From Candidatus Colwellbacteria bacterium (GTDB lineage: Bacteria > Patescibacteriota > Minisyncoccia > UBA6257 > Colwellbacteraceae): 58,500 nucleotides of DNA. Below the pieces are notes generated by a model. It was not told the origin of the DNA and made no database searches. It worked only from the letters and a program-made list of their open reading frames with translations. Shown piece by piece: positions 37,265-47,259 of the stretch. The stretch covers positions 1 through 58,500 of the forward strand of contig JAQTUL010000008.1 of assembly GCA_028710275.1 (NCBI GenBank), written 5' to 3'. Numbering within the stretch: the first letter of the stretch is position 1; each line of letters starts with the position of its first letter. Made by a program: the position numbers and the translations under genes.

Positions 37265-39349
37265 ATGGGAAAGAAAAAGATTACACAGGAAGAGAAAAAG
37301 AGGATGGTAGAGGTTAATGTCCGTCCGGAAGTGATAAAGAGCATATGGGGGGTCATCCTGCTCAGTATTGGCGCTATATTATGGCTCGCCGCTTTTAATG
37401 CAGCAGGTCCAGTCGGAAGAGTATCTTTTTCCGTATTTAGCTTCCTTTTGGGTATAGGCTATTATTTGCTTCCCGCCGCTCTCACTTTTGCCGGCATATC
37501 CCTCCTTCTTCCCGAGCGAAGACAGCTTATGGGACACACCCTGGTTGGGGTGGGAACGTTCATCGCGTCCAGCTTAAGCGTCCTTGATATTCTCTACCCA
37601 GGCAAAGGAGGGTTTCTGGGAAATATATTTGGAGCCATTGAAACTCCCTTCGGTCGTATAGCAAGTCTCATCATCGCTTCGGCCGTTATTATTATAAGCA
37701 TCATTTTTGCCCTTGATGTTCCTCTTAACATAAAGATCGCAAAACGTCCGGTCTCTCCTAAATCAGAGAAAGAGCCTGAAATGGTTGTGAACGGCGAAGG
37801 CGTTCGGGAAGACCCCAAGAAAGAGGAAGTAAAAAAGGATACTAGACCGGCTGATAAAGATATTCTCATCAATGAGCCTTCCCAGGAGCCACAAGCTGCA
37901 AAGAAAGTAGAGAGAAAGATATCATTTAAGAACTATGTCCCTCCTCCATTAAGCCTTCTTAAGTCCACCATCGAAAAGCCGACTGTCGGCGACCTCCGCG
38001 CCAATGCAAACATCATTAAGCGTACCCTTGAAGGATTCGGCATACCTGTCGAGATGGGAGAGATAACTATCGGCCCTAAGGTTACGCGCTACACACTGAA
38101 ACCAGCAGAAGGAGTGAAACTTTCCCGCATCACGTCTCTTAATCAGGACCTCGCTCTCTCTTTGGCAGCTCACCCTCTCCGTATAGAAGCGCCTATCCCG
38201 GGTAAATCCCTGGTAGGTATCGAGGTTCCTAATAAGACAGCGGCCGTCGTAAGACTCGGCAGCATAATAAATTATCCCGACTTCGCATCTGGCGGACTTT
38301 TAAGCTTCGGCTTAGGAAGGGATATAGCCGGTGAGCCGGTCTTTCCTAATATAGCTAAAATGCCTCATCTGCTCGTCGCCGGAGCGACCGGAAGCGGAAA
38401 AAGCGTCTCTATACATTCCATAATCATTTCCCTTCTGTATAAGAATTCACCTGAAACTCTTAAATTCATTTTCGTCGATCCTAAGCGTGTTGAGCTTTCG
38501 GTATATGGAGGAATTCCCCATCTTATCGCCCCAGTCATAACAGACGGCAAGAAAGCCGTTTCAGCCCTTCGCTGGGCCATCGCTGAAATGGACCGCCGCT
38601 ATGAACTCTTGCTTCAAGACGGCTTCCGCGAGATAAAGAGCTACAACGAAAAGCATAAGGAGGACTTGATGCCCTACATAGTCATCGTCATCGATGAACT
38701 TGCCGATCTTATGTCCGTCTATGGTCGGGAGGTTGAAGGGTCAATAGTCCGCCTTGCTCAGATGGCTCGCGCCGTCGGCATCCACCTTATCGTCTCAACT
38801 CAGAGGCCATCAGTAGAAGTAATCACTGGTCTAATTAAGGCGAATATCACAACAAGGATTGCCCTTCAGGTGGCCAGCCAGATAGATTCAAGAACCATCC
38901 TCGATCAATCCGGAGCTGAAAAACTTCTTGGAGGAGGAGATATGCTCCTCGTGTCTGCTGAATTATCCAAGCCAAAGCGTATCCAGGGATCCTACATCAC
39001 TGATGAAGAGATAAAATCCGTCGTCCAATTCATCATAGATAATAATGAAGGCGAGATATCTGATCTCTCTGTTACTCAGCCTACTGAACTTGAGGGTATT
39101 TTAAGCTCCCCTACCGGAGATGACGATGACGACGAGATGTTCCCGGAGGCTCTGGAAGTCATAAAAGACGCAGGAAAAGCCTCCGCTTCGCTCTTGCAGA
39201 GACGGCTCAAAATCGGTTATGCTCGGGCTGCTAGGCTTCTCGACATAATGGAGTCCAAGGGAATAATCGGCCCTGGAGATGGAGCCAAACCTCGCGAGGT
39301 CTACCTCTCGAGAAATGAGAACGGATCAACGGAAAATGACGAGCGATAG
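37265..39349 (+). CDS. ftsK: DNA translocase FtsK/SpoIIIE
   Basis: Four N-terminal TM helices, a linker, Walker A GATGSGKS, Walker B VIVIDELADL and the gamma winged-helix LLQRRLKIGYARAARL. The ORF track starts at 37253 (TTG). Confidence 0.9.
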   Translation: MGKKKITQEEKKRMVEVNVRPEVIKSIWGVILLSIGAILWLAAFNAAGPVGRVSFSVFSFLLGIGYYLLPAALTFAGISLLLPERRQLMGHTLVGVGTFIASSLSVLDILYPGKGGFLGNIFGAIETPFGRIASLIIASAVIIISIIFALDVPLNIKIAKRPVSPKSEKEPEMVVNGEGVREDPKKEEVKKDTRPADKDILINEPSQEPQAAKKVERKISFKNYVPPPLSLLKSTIEKPTVGDLRANANIIKRTLEGFGIPVEMGEITIGPKVTRYTLKPAEGVKLSRITSLNQDLALSLAAHPLRIEAPIPGKSLVGIEVPNKTAAVVRLGSIINYPDFASGGLLSFGLGRDIAGEPVFPNIAKMPHLLVAGATGSGKSVSIHSIIISLLYKNSPETLKFIFVDPKRVELSVYGGIPHLIAPVITDGKKAVSALRWAIAEMDRRYELLLQDGFREIKSYNEKHKEDLMPYIVIVIDELADLMSVYGREVEGSIVRLAQMARAVGIHLIVSTQRPSVEVITGLIKANITTRIALQVASQIDSRTILDQSGAEKLLGGGDMLLVSAELSKPKRIQGSYITDEEIKSVVQFIIDNNEGEISDLSVTQPTELEGILSSPTGDDDDDEMFPEALEVIKDAGKASASLLQRRLKIGYARAARLLDIMESKGIIGPGDGAKPREVYLSRNENGSTENDER

Positions 39350-40070
39350 AAATCTAGGAGAAACGATCACCGAACTTACCGGCTCTCGCGGAGTCTCGGC
39401 AGAGAAGCTTTCCGAGCTTACTAATATCCCTAAAAGATATATCACTGCCCTCTTTGAGAACGATATCAAAAACATGCCGGCGGCACCCTATGTCCGGGGC
39501 TACCTCAATAAGATAGCTTCTGTAATCGGAATCGACCCTGAGCCCCTGCAGGAATCCTACCGCCGCCTCAATTTAAAGACCTCCGGGCGAGAGGACTACC
39601 TTCCCAAGAACCGTTTTGCGATAGCTAAGAGCAAGAAAGGGTGGATCGCGGCTGTCATTATCCTCCTTATAGTCGGCTACTTTGTGAGTGTTCGTCTGAA
39701 CGCACTTTTAGGCATACCATCTATATCTATCAACCTGCCTGAAAAGGTAGCAGATAACAGTTTTATTGAAACCAGAGATCCGATTTTCATCGCCGAAGGA
39801 GATATATTACCTAAGGATTCATTATTTATAAATAATGAGGCCATACCTGTCGACGGTAACGGTCATTTCTCGAAAGAGATGGCGCTGGACGGCGGATTAA
39901 ACACTTTTGAGATACGCGTCAAGAGGTTTTTAGGCCGGGAAAAGACTATAATAAGAAAGGTCTTCTATATAGTCGATGAGACCGGAGAAAATACTATTCA
40001 AGAACCCATAAGTGAAAAGCAAGCAGAAAGCAAAACCGGAGAAACCAGTGAGCCGGTCGTCGTCGAATAA
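39336..40070 (+). CDS. RodZ-like HTH membrane protein
   Basis: HTH VSAEKLSELTNIPKRYITALFEND and a single TM helix. ATG 39336 overlaps the ftsK stop. The ORF track starts at 39279. Confidence 0.7.
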   Translation: MTSDRNLGETITELTGSRGVSAEKLSELTNIPKRYITALFENDIKNMPAAPYVRGYLNKIASVIGIDPEPLQESYRRLNLKTSGREDYLPKNRFAIAKSKKGWIAAVIILLIVGYFVSVRLNALLGIPSISINLPEKVADNSFIETRDPIFIAEGDILPKDSLFINNEAIPVDGNGHFSKEMALDGGLNTFEIRVKRFLGREKTIIRKVFYIVDETGENTIQEPISEKQAESKTGETSEPVVVE

Positions 40071-41088
40071 TATCGACACGCTATTAGCCTCTATTAGAGA
40101 AAAGTTCGGGGATGAATCAGTCATGAAGCTTGGTGAGATAAGACACACCAACATCAAGGTTGTCCCTACGGGATCTTTCAGCCTTGACCTTGCACTGGGG
40201 GTCGGCGGCCTTCCCCGTGGCCGCATAGTGGAGATTTTCGGACCAGAAATGTCCGGGAAAAGCACTCTTGGACTCCAGGTGGTAGCGGAAGCTCAGAAAC
40301 GCGGAGGCAAAGCTGCCTTCATAGATGCCGAGCACTCTCTTGATCCGGAACGCGCTAAGCGTATCGGCGTTAACATCAATGATCTCATCATCTCACAGCC
40401 AGACAGCGGCGAGGACGCTTTGAATATAATGGAAAGCCTCGTTAAGTCTGGAATCATCGATGTAATCATCATAGACTCTGTCGCCGCCCTTACTCCTAGA
40501 GCCGAGATAGATGGAGAAATGGGCGCTCAGTTTATAGGCCTGCAAGCGAGGATGCTCTCTCAAGCCATGAGAAAAATAACCGCCGTAGCCAATAAGACGG
40601 AAACCCTTCTCATATTCATCAATCAGCTTCGTGAGAAGATAGGTATGATGGGATATGGAGAGCCAACGACGACTCCTGGAGGTCGCGCCCTAAAATTTTA
40701 CTCTTCCGTCCGCATAGATCTTCGCCGTATAGCTCAGATAAAGAAAGGCGAAGAGGTTGTTGGCAACAGAGTTAAGGCCAAGGTGGTGAAGAACAAGGTG
40801 GCCGCCCCATTCCGTTCTTGTGAGTTTGATATCATGTTTACTGAAGGTATTTCCTACGAAGGAGATATATTAGCCCAAGCAGTCAAACACTCCATCGTTA
40901 AAAAAACCGGTAATACCTACTACTTTAACGAAGAAAAACTGGGGGTAGGACAAGAATCTACCAAAGAAAAACTGCGATCAGATAAGAAGATGTTAGAAGA
41001 AATAAAGAAACTGACTCTAACAGCTGTTGAAGCTGAAATGACCGGGACATCGGCCGTCGAAGCATCATCTTCTTCATCTGAAGACTAA
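40012..41088 (+). CDS. recA: Recombinase RecA
   Basis: GPEMSGKSTL (Walker A), IIIDSVAAL, FINQLREKIGMMGYGEPTTTPGGRALKFY. Confidence 0.93.
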   Translation: MKSKQKAKPEKPVSRSSSNNIDTLLASIREKFGDESVMKLGEIRHTNIKVVPTGSFSLDLALGVGGLPRGRIVEIFGPEMSGKSTLGLQVVAEAQKRGGKAAFIDAEHSLDPERAKRIGVNINDLIISQPDSGEDALNIMESLVKSGIIDVIIIDSVAALTPRAEIDGEMGAQFIGLQARMLSQAMRKITAVANKTETLLIFINQLREKIGMMGYGEPTTTPGGRALKFYSSVRIDLRRIAQIKKGEEVVGNRVKAKVVKNKVAAPFRSCEFDIMFTEGISYEGDILAQAVKHSIVKKTGNTYYFNEEKLGVGQESTKEKLRSDKKMLEEIKKLTLTAVEAEMTGTSAVEASSSSSED

Positions 41089-41102
41089 ATGAACCATTAG
41101 AT

Positions 41103-41128
41103 AAAAAACCGCCCTAGGGCGGTTTTTT
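41103..41128. terminator. Bidirectional terminator between recA and folD
   Basis: AAAAAACCGCCC-TA-GGGCGGTTTTTT. Confidence 0.6.
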
Positions 41129-41130
41129 AT

Positions 41131-41925
41131 CTATCTTCCGTTTATCCTGTAAAAATTATCGAAAAGCTCGGCTATCAGTATTGGTCCTGTTCCTCCCGGA
41201 GTGGGTGTATATCTTATGTCTTTTTGTGTCTCTTTCTGATCGAAATCTCCGCATATCTTCCCTTCCTCGTCGAACGCGCATCCAAAGTCTATTACTATCG
41301 CCCCATCCTTTAATATATCTGATGAAATAAGCCTGGGCTGTCCAGTACCTAGGACTACCACGTCCGCTTCACTGATAGGTGTGACATCATCCCCTTTGTC
41401 TATTTTCCACAAAGCAGCGCACTTTCCAGAAAAGAAATCGGCAACCGGTCTTCCTACAAGTGAGCCCATTCCTATGACCGCCATCTTCACATTCAAGATA
41501 TCTGCATGTTCGCTTTCTAATATCTTAGAGACGACTGCTGCGGCCGGAGGTATAACTAAATCATTCGGGTCATCATTGAATATCAGGGCGTCCGCATCCT
41601 TTTCTTTTGGTATAGCCGCAAGCACAATGTTTTTCTCGACTTTCATAGGTAATGGCAATTGGACCATCACTCCTCCACAGGCACTGTCATCAGACAATAC
41701 ACCTATCTTTAACGCGATATCCTCGGTAGAACTATCATCTTCCATCTTGAATACATTGAAGTCGACCCCTATCTTCTCTGCAAACATCCTTTTTCTTTCA
41801 ACAAATTTTAGGGAAGCTGGATCATTTCCGACAATAATGGCCGCGAAATATTTTTCAGGTGCCCCCCTAATAATCAACTCATCCGCGATCTTGTCGGCTA
41901 TTTTTCTGCCGTCTATCTTCCTCAT
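41131..41925 (-). CDS. folD: Methylenetetrahydrofolate dehydrogenase/cyclohydrolase FolD (short form)
   Basis: IVGNDPASLKFV, VQLPLP, VIGMGSLVGRPV and TPTPGGTGP. Confidence 0.85.
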   Translation of the reverse strand: MRKIDGRKIADKIADELIIRGAPEKYFAAIIVGNDPASLKFVERKRMFAEKIGVDFNVFKMEDDSSTEDIALKIGVLSDDSACGGVMVQLPLPMKVEKNIVLAAIPKEKDADALIFNDDPNDLVIPPAAAVVSKILESEHADILNVKMAVIGMGSLVGRPVADFFSGKCAALWKIDKGDDVTPISEADVVVLGTGQPRLISSDILKDGAIVIDFGCAFDEEGKICGDFDQKETQKDIRYTPTPGGTGPILIAELFDNFYRINGR

Positions 41926-43172
41926 TTTGTCTTGGTTAGAAATTTCTTTGCTGAAAAACTAGTCGTAAGCTTAGTAACGCTCTTTGATACGTCTTTCCCG
42001 TCTTTAAGCGCCAAAGCTATGATTCTACCCAACTCATCCATCTGCTTCTCTTTCATTCCTCTTGTCGTCACGGAAGGAGTTCCCATTCTTATACCAGTTG
42101 GCTTAAAGGGAGACTTATCTCCGGGAACGGTATTCCTATTGGCAATGATGCCGTTTCTCTCTAATATCTCCTGAGCCTCCATACCTAGAAGGCCGATGTT
42201 CTTAAGATCAATAAGTATGAGGTGGTTGTCCGTTCCTCCGGTAACAAGATCAAATCCAGACCCAATAAGACTCTTTGCTAAAGCTCTCGCATTTGCCGTT
42301 ATCTGATTACCGTATTTCTTGAAAGATGGTTTTGATATCTCATAGAAAGCTTGGGCTATAGCCGCTGTCTGATTATTATGAGGACCGCCCTGAAGGCCGG
42401 GAAAAACCGCCTTATCTATAGCATCCGCTATAATGCCATCTCCTTCTTTTAATGGCTCTATGCGCGACCATATTACGGCCCCCCTCGGTCCGCGTAAAGT
42501 CTTATGGGTAGTAGAGGTTACGACATGAGCATATTTGAAAGGAGGTAGATGGGCCCCAGCAGCTATAAGCCCCGATATATGAGAAATATCGGCCAGGTGA
42601 TATGCCCCGACCTCATCAGCTATCTCTCCAAACTTTTTAAAATCTATCTTTCGAGGATAAGCGGTCGTACCCGAGACTATCACTTTCGGCCTGTACTCAA
42701 GAGCAAGTTTTCTTACTTCTTCGTAGTCAATAAACCCTTTCTCATTAGTTCCGTATTGAACGGACTTAAAGAATTTCCCCGTCGCCGAGACAGAGTGGCC
42801 GTGCGTCAAATGTCCTCCATGTGCGAGCTTCATACCCATCATCACTTCTCCAGGTTTTAGAAGTCCTAGGTAAACAGCTAAGTTCGCAGGAGAGCCGGAA
42901 TAAGGCTGAACATTAGCCCTCCATTTTTTATCAGATAGTCCGAACACAGTAAGAGCATACTCCTTGGCAATCTCCTCTATTTCATCACAATTCTTATTTC
43001 CTGGATAATATCTCTTTCCTGGATATCCTTCTGAATATTTATTCACCAGCGGAGACCCGAGTATTTCAAGTATCTCCGGAGAGACTAGGTTTTCGGACGG
43101 TATAAGGTCTATCGTCCCTTCTTGTCTTTCGGACTCCGTTTTTATCAATTTTTTTAGCTTCGAATCTATCAT
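41922..43172 (-). CDS. glyA: Serine hydroxymethyltransferase
   Basis: LIPSENLVSP, the PLP site TSTTHKTLRGPRG and VTGGTDNHL. Confidence 0.93.
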   Translation of the reverse strand: MIDSKLKKLIKTESERQEGTIDLIPSENLVSPEILEILGSPLVNKYSEGYPGKRYYPGNKNCDEIEEIAKEYALTVFGLSDKKWRANVQPYSGSPANLAVYLGLLKPGEVMMGMKLAHGGHLTHGHSVSATGKFFKSVQYGTNEKGFIDYEEVRKLALEYRPKVIVSGTTAYPRKIDFKKFGEIADEVGAYHLADISHISGLIAAGAHLPPFKYAHVVTSTTHKTLRGPRGAVIWSRIEPLKEGDGIIADAIDKAVFPGLQGGPHNNQTAAIAQAFYEISKPSFKKYGNQITANARALAKSLIGSGFDLVTGGTDNHLILIDLKNIGLLGMEAQEILERNGIIANRNTVPGDKSPFKPTGIRMGTPSVTTRGMKEKQMDELGRIIALALKDGKDVSKSVTKLTTSFSAKKFLTKTK

Positions 43173-43223
43173 CGTTTATAGGATAAAAATACCTCTTTCA
43201 TATCATTAATGGAAGGCGTATAT

Positions 43224-43257
43224 ATAAAAAATAAAAAGCCTCGCATTTCTGCAAGGC
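43224..43257 (-). terminator. Intrinsic terminator about 50 nt upstream of the glyA start
   Basis: On the minus strand, AGCCTTGCA-GAAA-TGCGAGGCT is followed by TTTTTATTTTTT. Confidence 0.6.
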
Positions 43258-43800
43258 TTCGTGGATGTGTGCCATAATGGCCACACTTTGCGGTTCACGA
43301 CCGTATTCCCTACCTGGACCCATGGGTCCGACGCAATCCCTCATTGCGCGCTGCCCTGTCTTGGGCGGCGATACGAGAACGCGATCGATCGCTTATTGGA
43401 ACGGGTATTGGTGCTGATACCGAGCATATGTATATCTCGGTCGGAAATATCTTTGCCAGACAATATACTATCATCTGTTTCCTCCCAGCGATCGAATTTA
43501 AGCCAATAACTGCTTACAGGGTCCATCTCCCTGTGCCGATAGTGTCTTATTCGACCTAAAGAGAGGGCTCGGAGTTCCGAATTGTTCTGGCTCTATCGTT
43601 TCCCGTGTCATACTGGGCATCGGGAACTCCATCGCCGGGACAAGACCTCTTAGGTCATTTCCTAAAAACAATCTATCTCCCCCTTTACGTTCACTGCGTA
43701 TTACCCTGTTAACGTACGTAAGTAAGAGCATATACCAGCAATAAGGCCCCGGTCAATAGACACCCCCGCAAGTCGGGATATGCCTTACTAAAAGAAAAAT
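43258..43800 (-). ncRNA. Unassigned large hairpin-dense non-coding region (candidate structured RNA or leader)
   Basis: 638-bp gap with no credible ORF in a gene-dense genome. It holds many perfect hairpins (GGACCCATGGGTCC, ACCGAG..CTCGGT, ACAGGG..CCCTGT, GTGTG..CACAC) and ends in a terminator. Confidence 0.35.
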
Positions 43801-43810
43801 ACCCTTTAAA

Positions 43811-45076
43811 TCAAATAAATCCAGCAAGTGAAGATATGTAGCCTATGACGGCGGCACTTGTCGCGACTAGTGCCGCACCGCCGAATATATTGGCTAATGG
43901 CCCGTTCTTCTTATTACCCATAAGACCCTTGTCGTTCGCTATCCTCATTATCATTAATATAAGAGGTGGAGTTATTATCGAATATAATATCGCCGTATAG
44001 ATAAGCATCTTAATCGGGTCCCCGCCGCTTAAGGCTATTATACTGCCGATAAATGTAGCTGCAGCTATAGCGATATAAAATCCCTTAGCTTCAGTGAACT
44101 TCTTGTTTATACCCTCTTTCCAATGGCAGGCTTCGGCAATAATATACCCCACACTGCCGGCAAGTACTGGTATCGCGAGCATACCCGTTCCTATGACGCC
44201 GATGGCAAATATGAGATATGCATTATTGCCAAGCAAAGGCCTTAGAACCATCGCTGCCTGATCGAAGGATGTTATCTCTCCTACTCCGTATAGGGAGTTT
44301 AATTGGCTTGCGCCGAGGATGATAAACCACATTACTATGTTCGAAAAAGCCATACCGATGAAAGTATCCGCCTTTATAGCTGACATCTCCTTTCTCCTTA
44401 CCATGAATCTTCTTAATGGATGCTTAGCAGTCAATTCATCCCTTTCTTCCGCTTCTTCTTTTGCCTCCCAAAAAAAGAGATACGGTGATATCGTTGTCCC
44501 TATTATGGCTGAAACAATCATTATCCATTCTTTAGAAAAAGATATTGAAGGCGTTATTGTCGCAACAAGTGCCGCTACCCAGTCTATCTTTATAAAAAAT
44601 ACCGTAGCTATATAACAGAAGAGCGAGAGAGAAAGCCACTTCAGAACGCTGGCAAACCTCTTATATGAGAAGAAGATAGTAGCAAGGGCTATTATCGTCG
44701 AAAGAACGGGTATCCAGAAGACCTTAGACACTCCAGAGAGGCCCTCAGAAACCGTGCCTATAGCCAGAAGATCGGCCCCAATATTTATGATTATAACGAT
44801 AGCGGACACCGAAACAACAAGAAGAGTGACCCATTTAGGATATTTATTCTTTACTATCTCTATTATTCCCTTGTCTGTTTTAAAACCTATCCTTCCGCAC
44901 ATCTCTTGGACGGCATACATCAAAGGCAAAGTGAAAAAGGCTATCCAGAGCCCTGCGGTCTTAAGGATCACTCCGGCCTGCAGATAGGTTAATATTCCAG
45001 ACGGATCATCGTCTGAAGCTCCAGTTATCACGCCCGGACCGAGCTTTTTAAGAAAAGCCCCTATTTTTATCTTCAT
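43811..45076 (-). CDS. NRAMP-family divalent metal transporter
   Basis: GPGVITGASDDDPSGILTYLQAG and about 11 TM helices. Confidence 0.85.
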   Translation of the reverse strand: MKIKIGAFLKKLGPGVITGASDDDPSGILTYLQAGVILKTAGLWIAFFTLPLMYAVQEMCGRIGFKTDKGIIEIVKNKYPKWVTLLVVSVSAIVIIINIGADLLAIGTVSEGLSGVSKVFWIPVLSTIIALATIFFSYKRFASVLKWLSLSLFCYIATVFFIKIDWVAALVATITPSISFSKEWIMIVSAIIGTTISPYLFFWEAKEEAEERDELTAKHPLRRFMVRRKEMSAIKADTFIGMAFSNIVMWFIILGASQLNSLYGVGEITSFDQAAMVLRPLLGNNAYLIFAIGVIGTGMLAIPVLAGSVGYIIAEACHWKEGINKKFTEAKGFYIAIAAATFIGSIIALSGGDPIKMLIYTAILYSIITPPLILMIMRIANDKGLMGNKKNGPLANIFGGAALVATSAAVIGYISSLAGFI

Positions 45077-45822
45077 ATTTTCTGGTCTCCGGCCCTTATC
45101 TCTTTTTGCGTCTTAGAATAAACTTTCCCTTTCTTTGTCACGAGATAACACCTTGTAAGTTGAACGCAAAGTTCTTTGACGGCATGAGCCATCGCCATAG
45201 GCTTCGCCTCATATCCGCCGCTATATCTCCTAAAGGACGTAATGACGGTTACCTCTCTGTCAAACTTTACCTTGCCGTGATTATTAAGCCTCTTTGAAAG
45301 ATCGATATCCTGACCCCAATTTATATCCGGATTAAACCCGCCCGCCCGATCATATATTTCTCTTCTGACGGCCATATTAACGCAAGGGAGGATATGGCTG
45401 GCCACTTTCTCATATATTCTAAAAACAAACTTTCTGACAAAAAAATTAACGGCGACATCCACGTCGTAAAAAAGATAGGGTCCGCCTATAGCAGAGAGGT
45501 CTGGGTCATCGGTGAATTTTCTGTTTATCTCCGATATCCATTCTGGCGGAAGAAAAGTATCGGCATCAGTGAAGACGAAAATATCTCCCCGAGCCTCTTT
45601 GCAACCCCTTATCAGGGCGTATGATATTCCCTTTTTAGTCTCGTCTATAACCCTTACCCCATAGCCTTCGGCTATTTCATGAGTCTTGTCAGTAGAGGCA
45701 TTATTGACCACTATTACCTCCATAAAACCCTTATAATCCTGCTTATTAAGGGAGTCTAGACATCGGCCTATGTAGTGTTCCTCGTTATAGGCGGGAACAA
45801 TAATAGAAAACCTGTGATCCAT
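45073..45822 (-). CDS. Glycosyltransferase family 2
   Basis: FSIIVPAYNEE, VVNNASTDKT and FTDADT (DxD). Confidence 0.85.
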   Translation of the reverse strand: MDHRFSIIVPAYNEEHYIGRCLDSLNKQDYKGFMEVIVVNNASTDKTHEIAEGYGVRVIDETKKGISYALIRGCKEARGDIFVFTDADTFLPPEWISEINRKFTDDPDLSAIGGPYLFYDVDVAVNFFVRKFVFRIYEKVASHILPCVNMAVRREIYDRAGGFNPDINWGQDIDLSKRLNNHGKVKFDREVTVITSFRRYSGGYEAKPMAMAHAVKELCVQLTRCYLVTKKGKVYSKTQKEIRAGDQKI

Positions 45823-45936
45823 ATTGGCAAGCTTATTATATCTGGTCCCGAAGTTTAAATCACGCCGCCCGCTAGTTATTGGTTTAACGCGGTCTCGTTC
45901 GCTTACTTTTTAACCAGACTTCCTTATGCCATAATC

Positions 45937-47187
45937 ATGCCTGAAATGAGAATGATATCGAGGCTTCTGCGGTCCCCTTTTCTGATCCTTCTTCCTTTCT
46001 GGCTTTTTATATCCTTCTTCAAGTTCGGAGGTAACATCCAATACACCCTTCTCTCCCCCCTCGGAGATAGGATGTTTGATACTTGGATGGTCGGTCTCCT
46101 TATAGGTCTCGCTTCAATGATTCAATTATTCCTTGATGTCCCGGCTGGAATGCTTCTCGACCGATTCGGTTATATCCGAATGCTCCGCATCGGTGTACTT
46201 ACATTCATCCTCGCCTGCCTCGCCTTAGTCATCATTCCTGGACCCATGGGCTTTATGGCCACTCTTTTTATAGGATCGTTCGGGTGGCTTTTCTTTGGTC
46301 CAGGAATAAACGCCTATCTCCTTTCATCAGCACCGAAGGAAGGGGCTGATAACTTCATGGCTACAAGAGATGTCTTCGATGCAACCGGGGTTTTTTTGAG
46401 CGCCATCATGATTCCCTTCCTTGTTCTGGCCCCTCCTCAAAAGATAGGCTTTACGTCGGCCGCCCTCCTTCTCGTCGCTCTTCTGTTTTTATTTGCTTCT
46501 CCAAAAGACAAGGTTTCGGTCCATGAGGAAAAAAAGACTCCGCATCACCACTTCTACATAAGAAGACACGCTTTCAGGAACCTCTTCCGATCGCTCGATC
46601 GACTAAATCCGGCAAGCTGGCTTCTTATCGGACACGGTCTCAGCGCTAGTATCTTCTACTCGACTATCTGGTTTGTTCTGCCTCTTATGATGATTGATCC
46701 ATCGAAGCAGATATTCGGAATAAGTCTTGGTATCTTTGATCTCGCAATCGTTGCCATCGGGTCCATCCTTGGAAAAATTACCCTTCACACCAAGAAAAGG
46801 ACCGCGGTCACCGCGGGTCTTTTCATCTTCGCCATCATGGCCGCATTCCTTGGAAGCCAGACCGGATGGATATTCCTGGTGATTGGGTTTATAGCCACCT
46901 CCGGAGACGAACTTTCGAACATCTCCCTCTGGTCATGGCTTTCCAGGCTGGATAAGGACCACGCGAGCGACGGAGCGGTTTCAGGAACCATATCCTTATT
47001 CCAGGACTTCGGATGGATGATAGGGCCTATGGCCGCCGGATTCCTATATGAAGCATTCGGTCCGGAAACCACGATAAGTCTCGCCTCAATTCCTATATTT
47101 GCCATATTCATCATTTCGCTCTTTATAAGTTCAACGGAGAAGAATAACCATCCGCACCCCCACCCAAGAAGATTGAGGGGTAGATAA
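45937..47187 (+). CDS. MFS transporter
   Basis: About 12 TM helices and the loop motif GMLLDRFGYIRM. Confidence 0.8.
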   Translation: MPEMRMISRLLRSPFLILLPFWLFISFFKFGGNIQYTLLSPLGDRMFDTWMVGLLIGLASMIQLFLDVPAGMLLDRFGYIRMLRIGVLTFILACLALVIIPGPMGFMATLFIGSFGWLFFGPGINAYLLSSAPKEGADNFMATRDVFDATGVFLSAIMIPFLVLAPPQKIGFTSAALLLVALLFLFASPKDKVSVHEEKKTPHHHFYIRRHAFRNLFRSLDRLNPASWLLIGHGLSASIFYSTIWFVLPLMMIDPSKQIFGISLGIFDLAIVAIGSILGKITLHTKKRTAVTAGLFIFAIMAAFLGSQTGWIFLVIGFIATSGDELSNISLWSWLSRLDKDHASDGAVSGTISLFQDFGWMIGPMAAGFLYEAFGPETTISLASIPIFAIFIISLFISSTEKNNHPHPHPRRLRGR

Positions 47188-47259
47188 AAGACCGCCTTCA
47201 AGTGATCTTTTGTGTTTTCCCAATAATCCAAAAGATAGAAATGGTAGAATTAACCCTAT

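Noticed and set aside
41381-41962. 193-aa plus-strand ORF
   Set aside because: It lies antisense to folD with a low-complexity product. The folD frame carries clear family motifs.
43173-43810. RNase P RNA, T-box, ZTP or glycine riboswitch as the identity of the long glyA leader
   Set aside because: I looked for GAGGAAAGUCC / ACAGAA..GGCUUA in the correct order, for the T-box GGUGGNACCGCG box, and for the ZTP 3' CCGCCUGGGC element. Only short chance-level fragments were present (GGGAGGAAAC, GGCTTA, GGTCGTGA), in the wrong order or lacking the partner element. No named family is claimed.
46785-47231. 148-aa minus-strand ORF
   Set aside because: It lies antisense to the 3' part of the MFS transporter gene. 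It has no motif and no ribosome-binding site.
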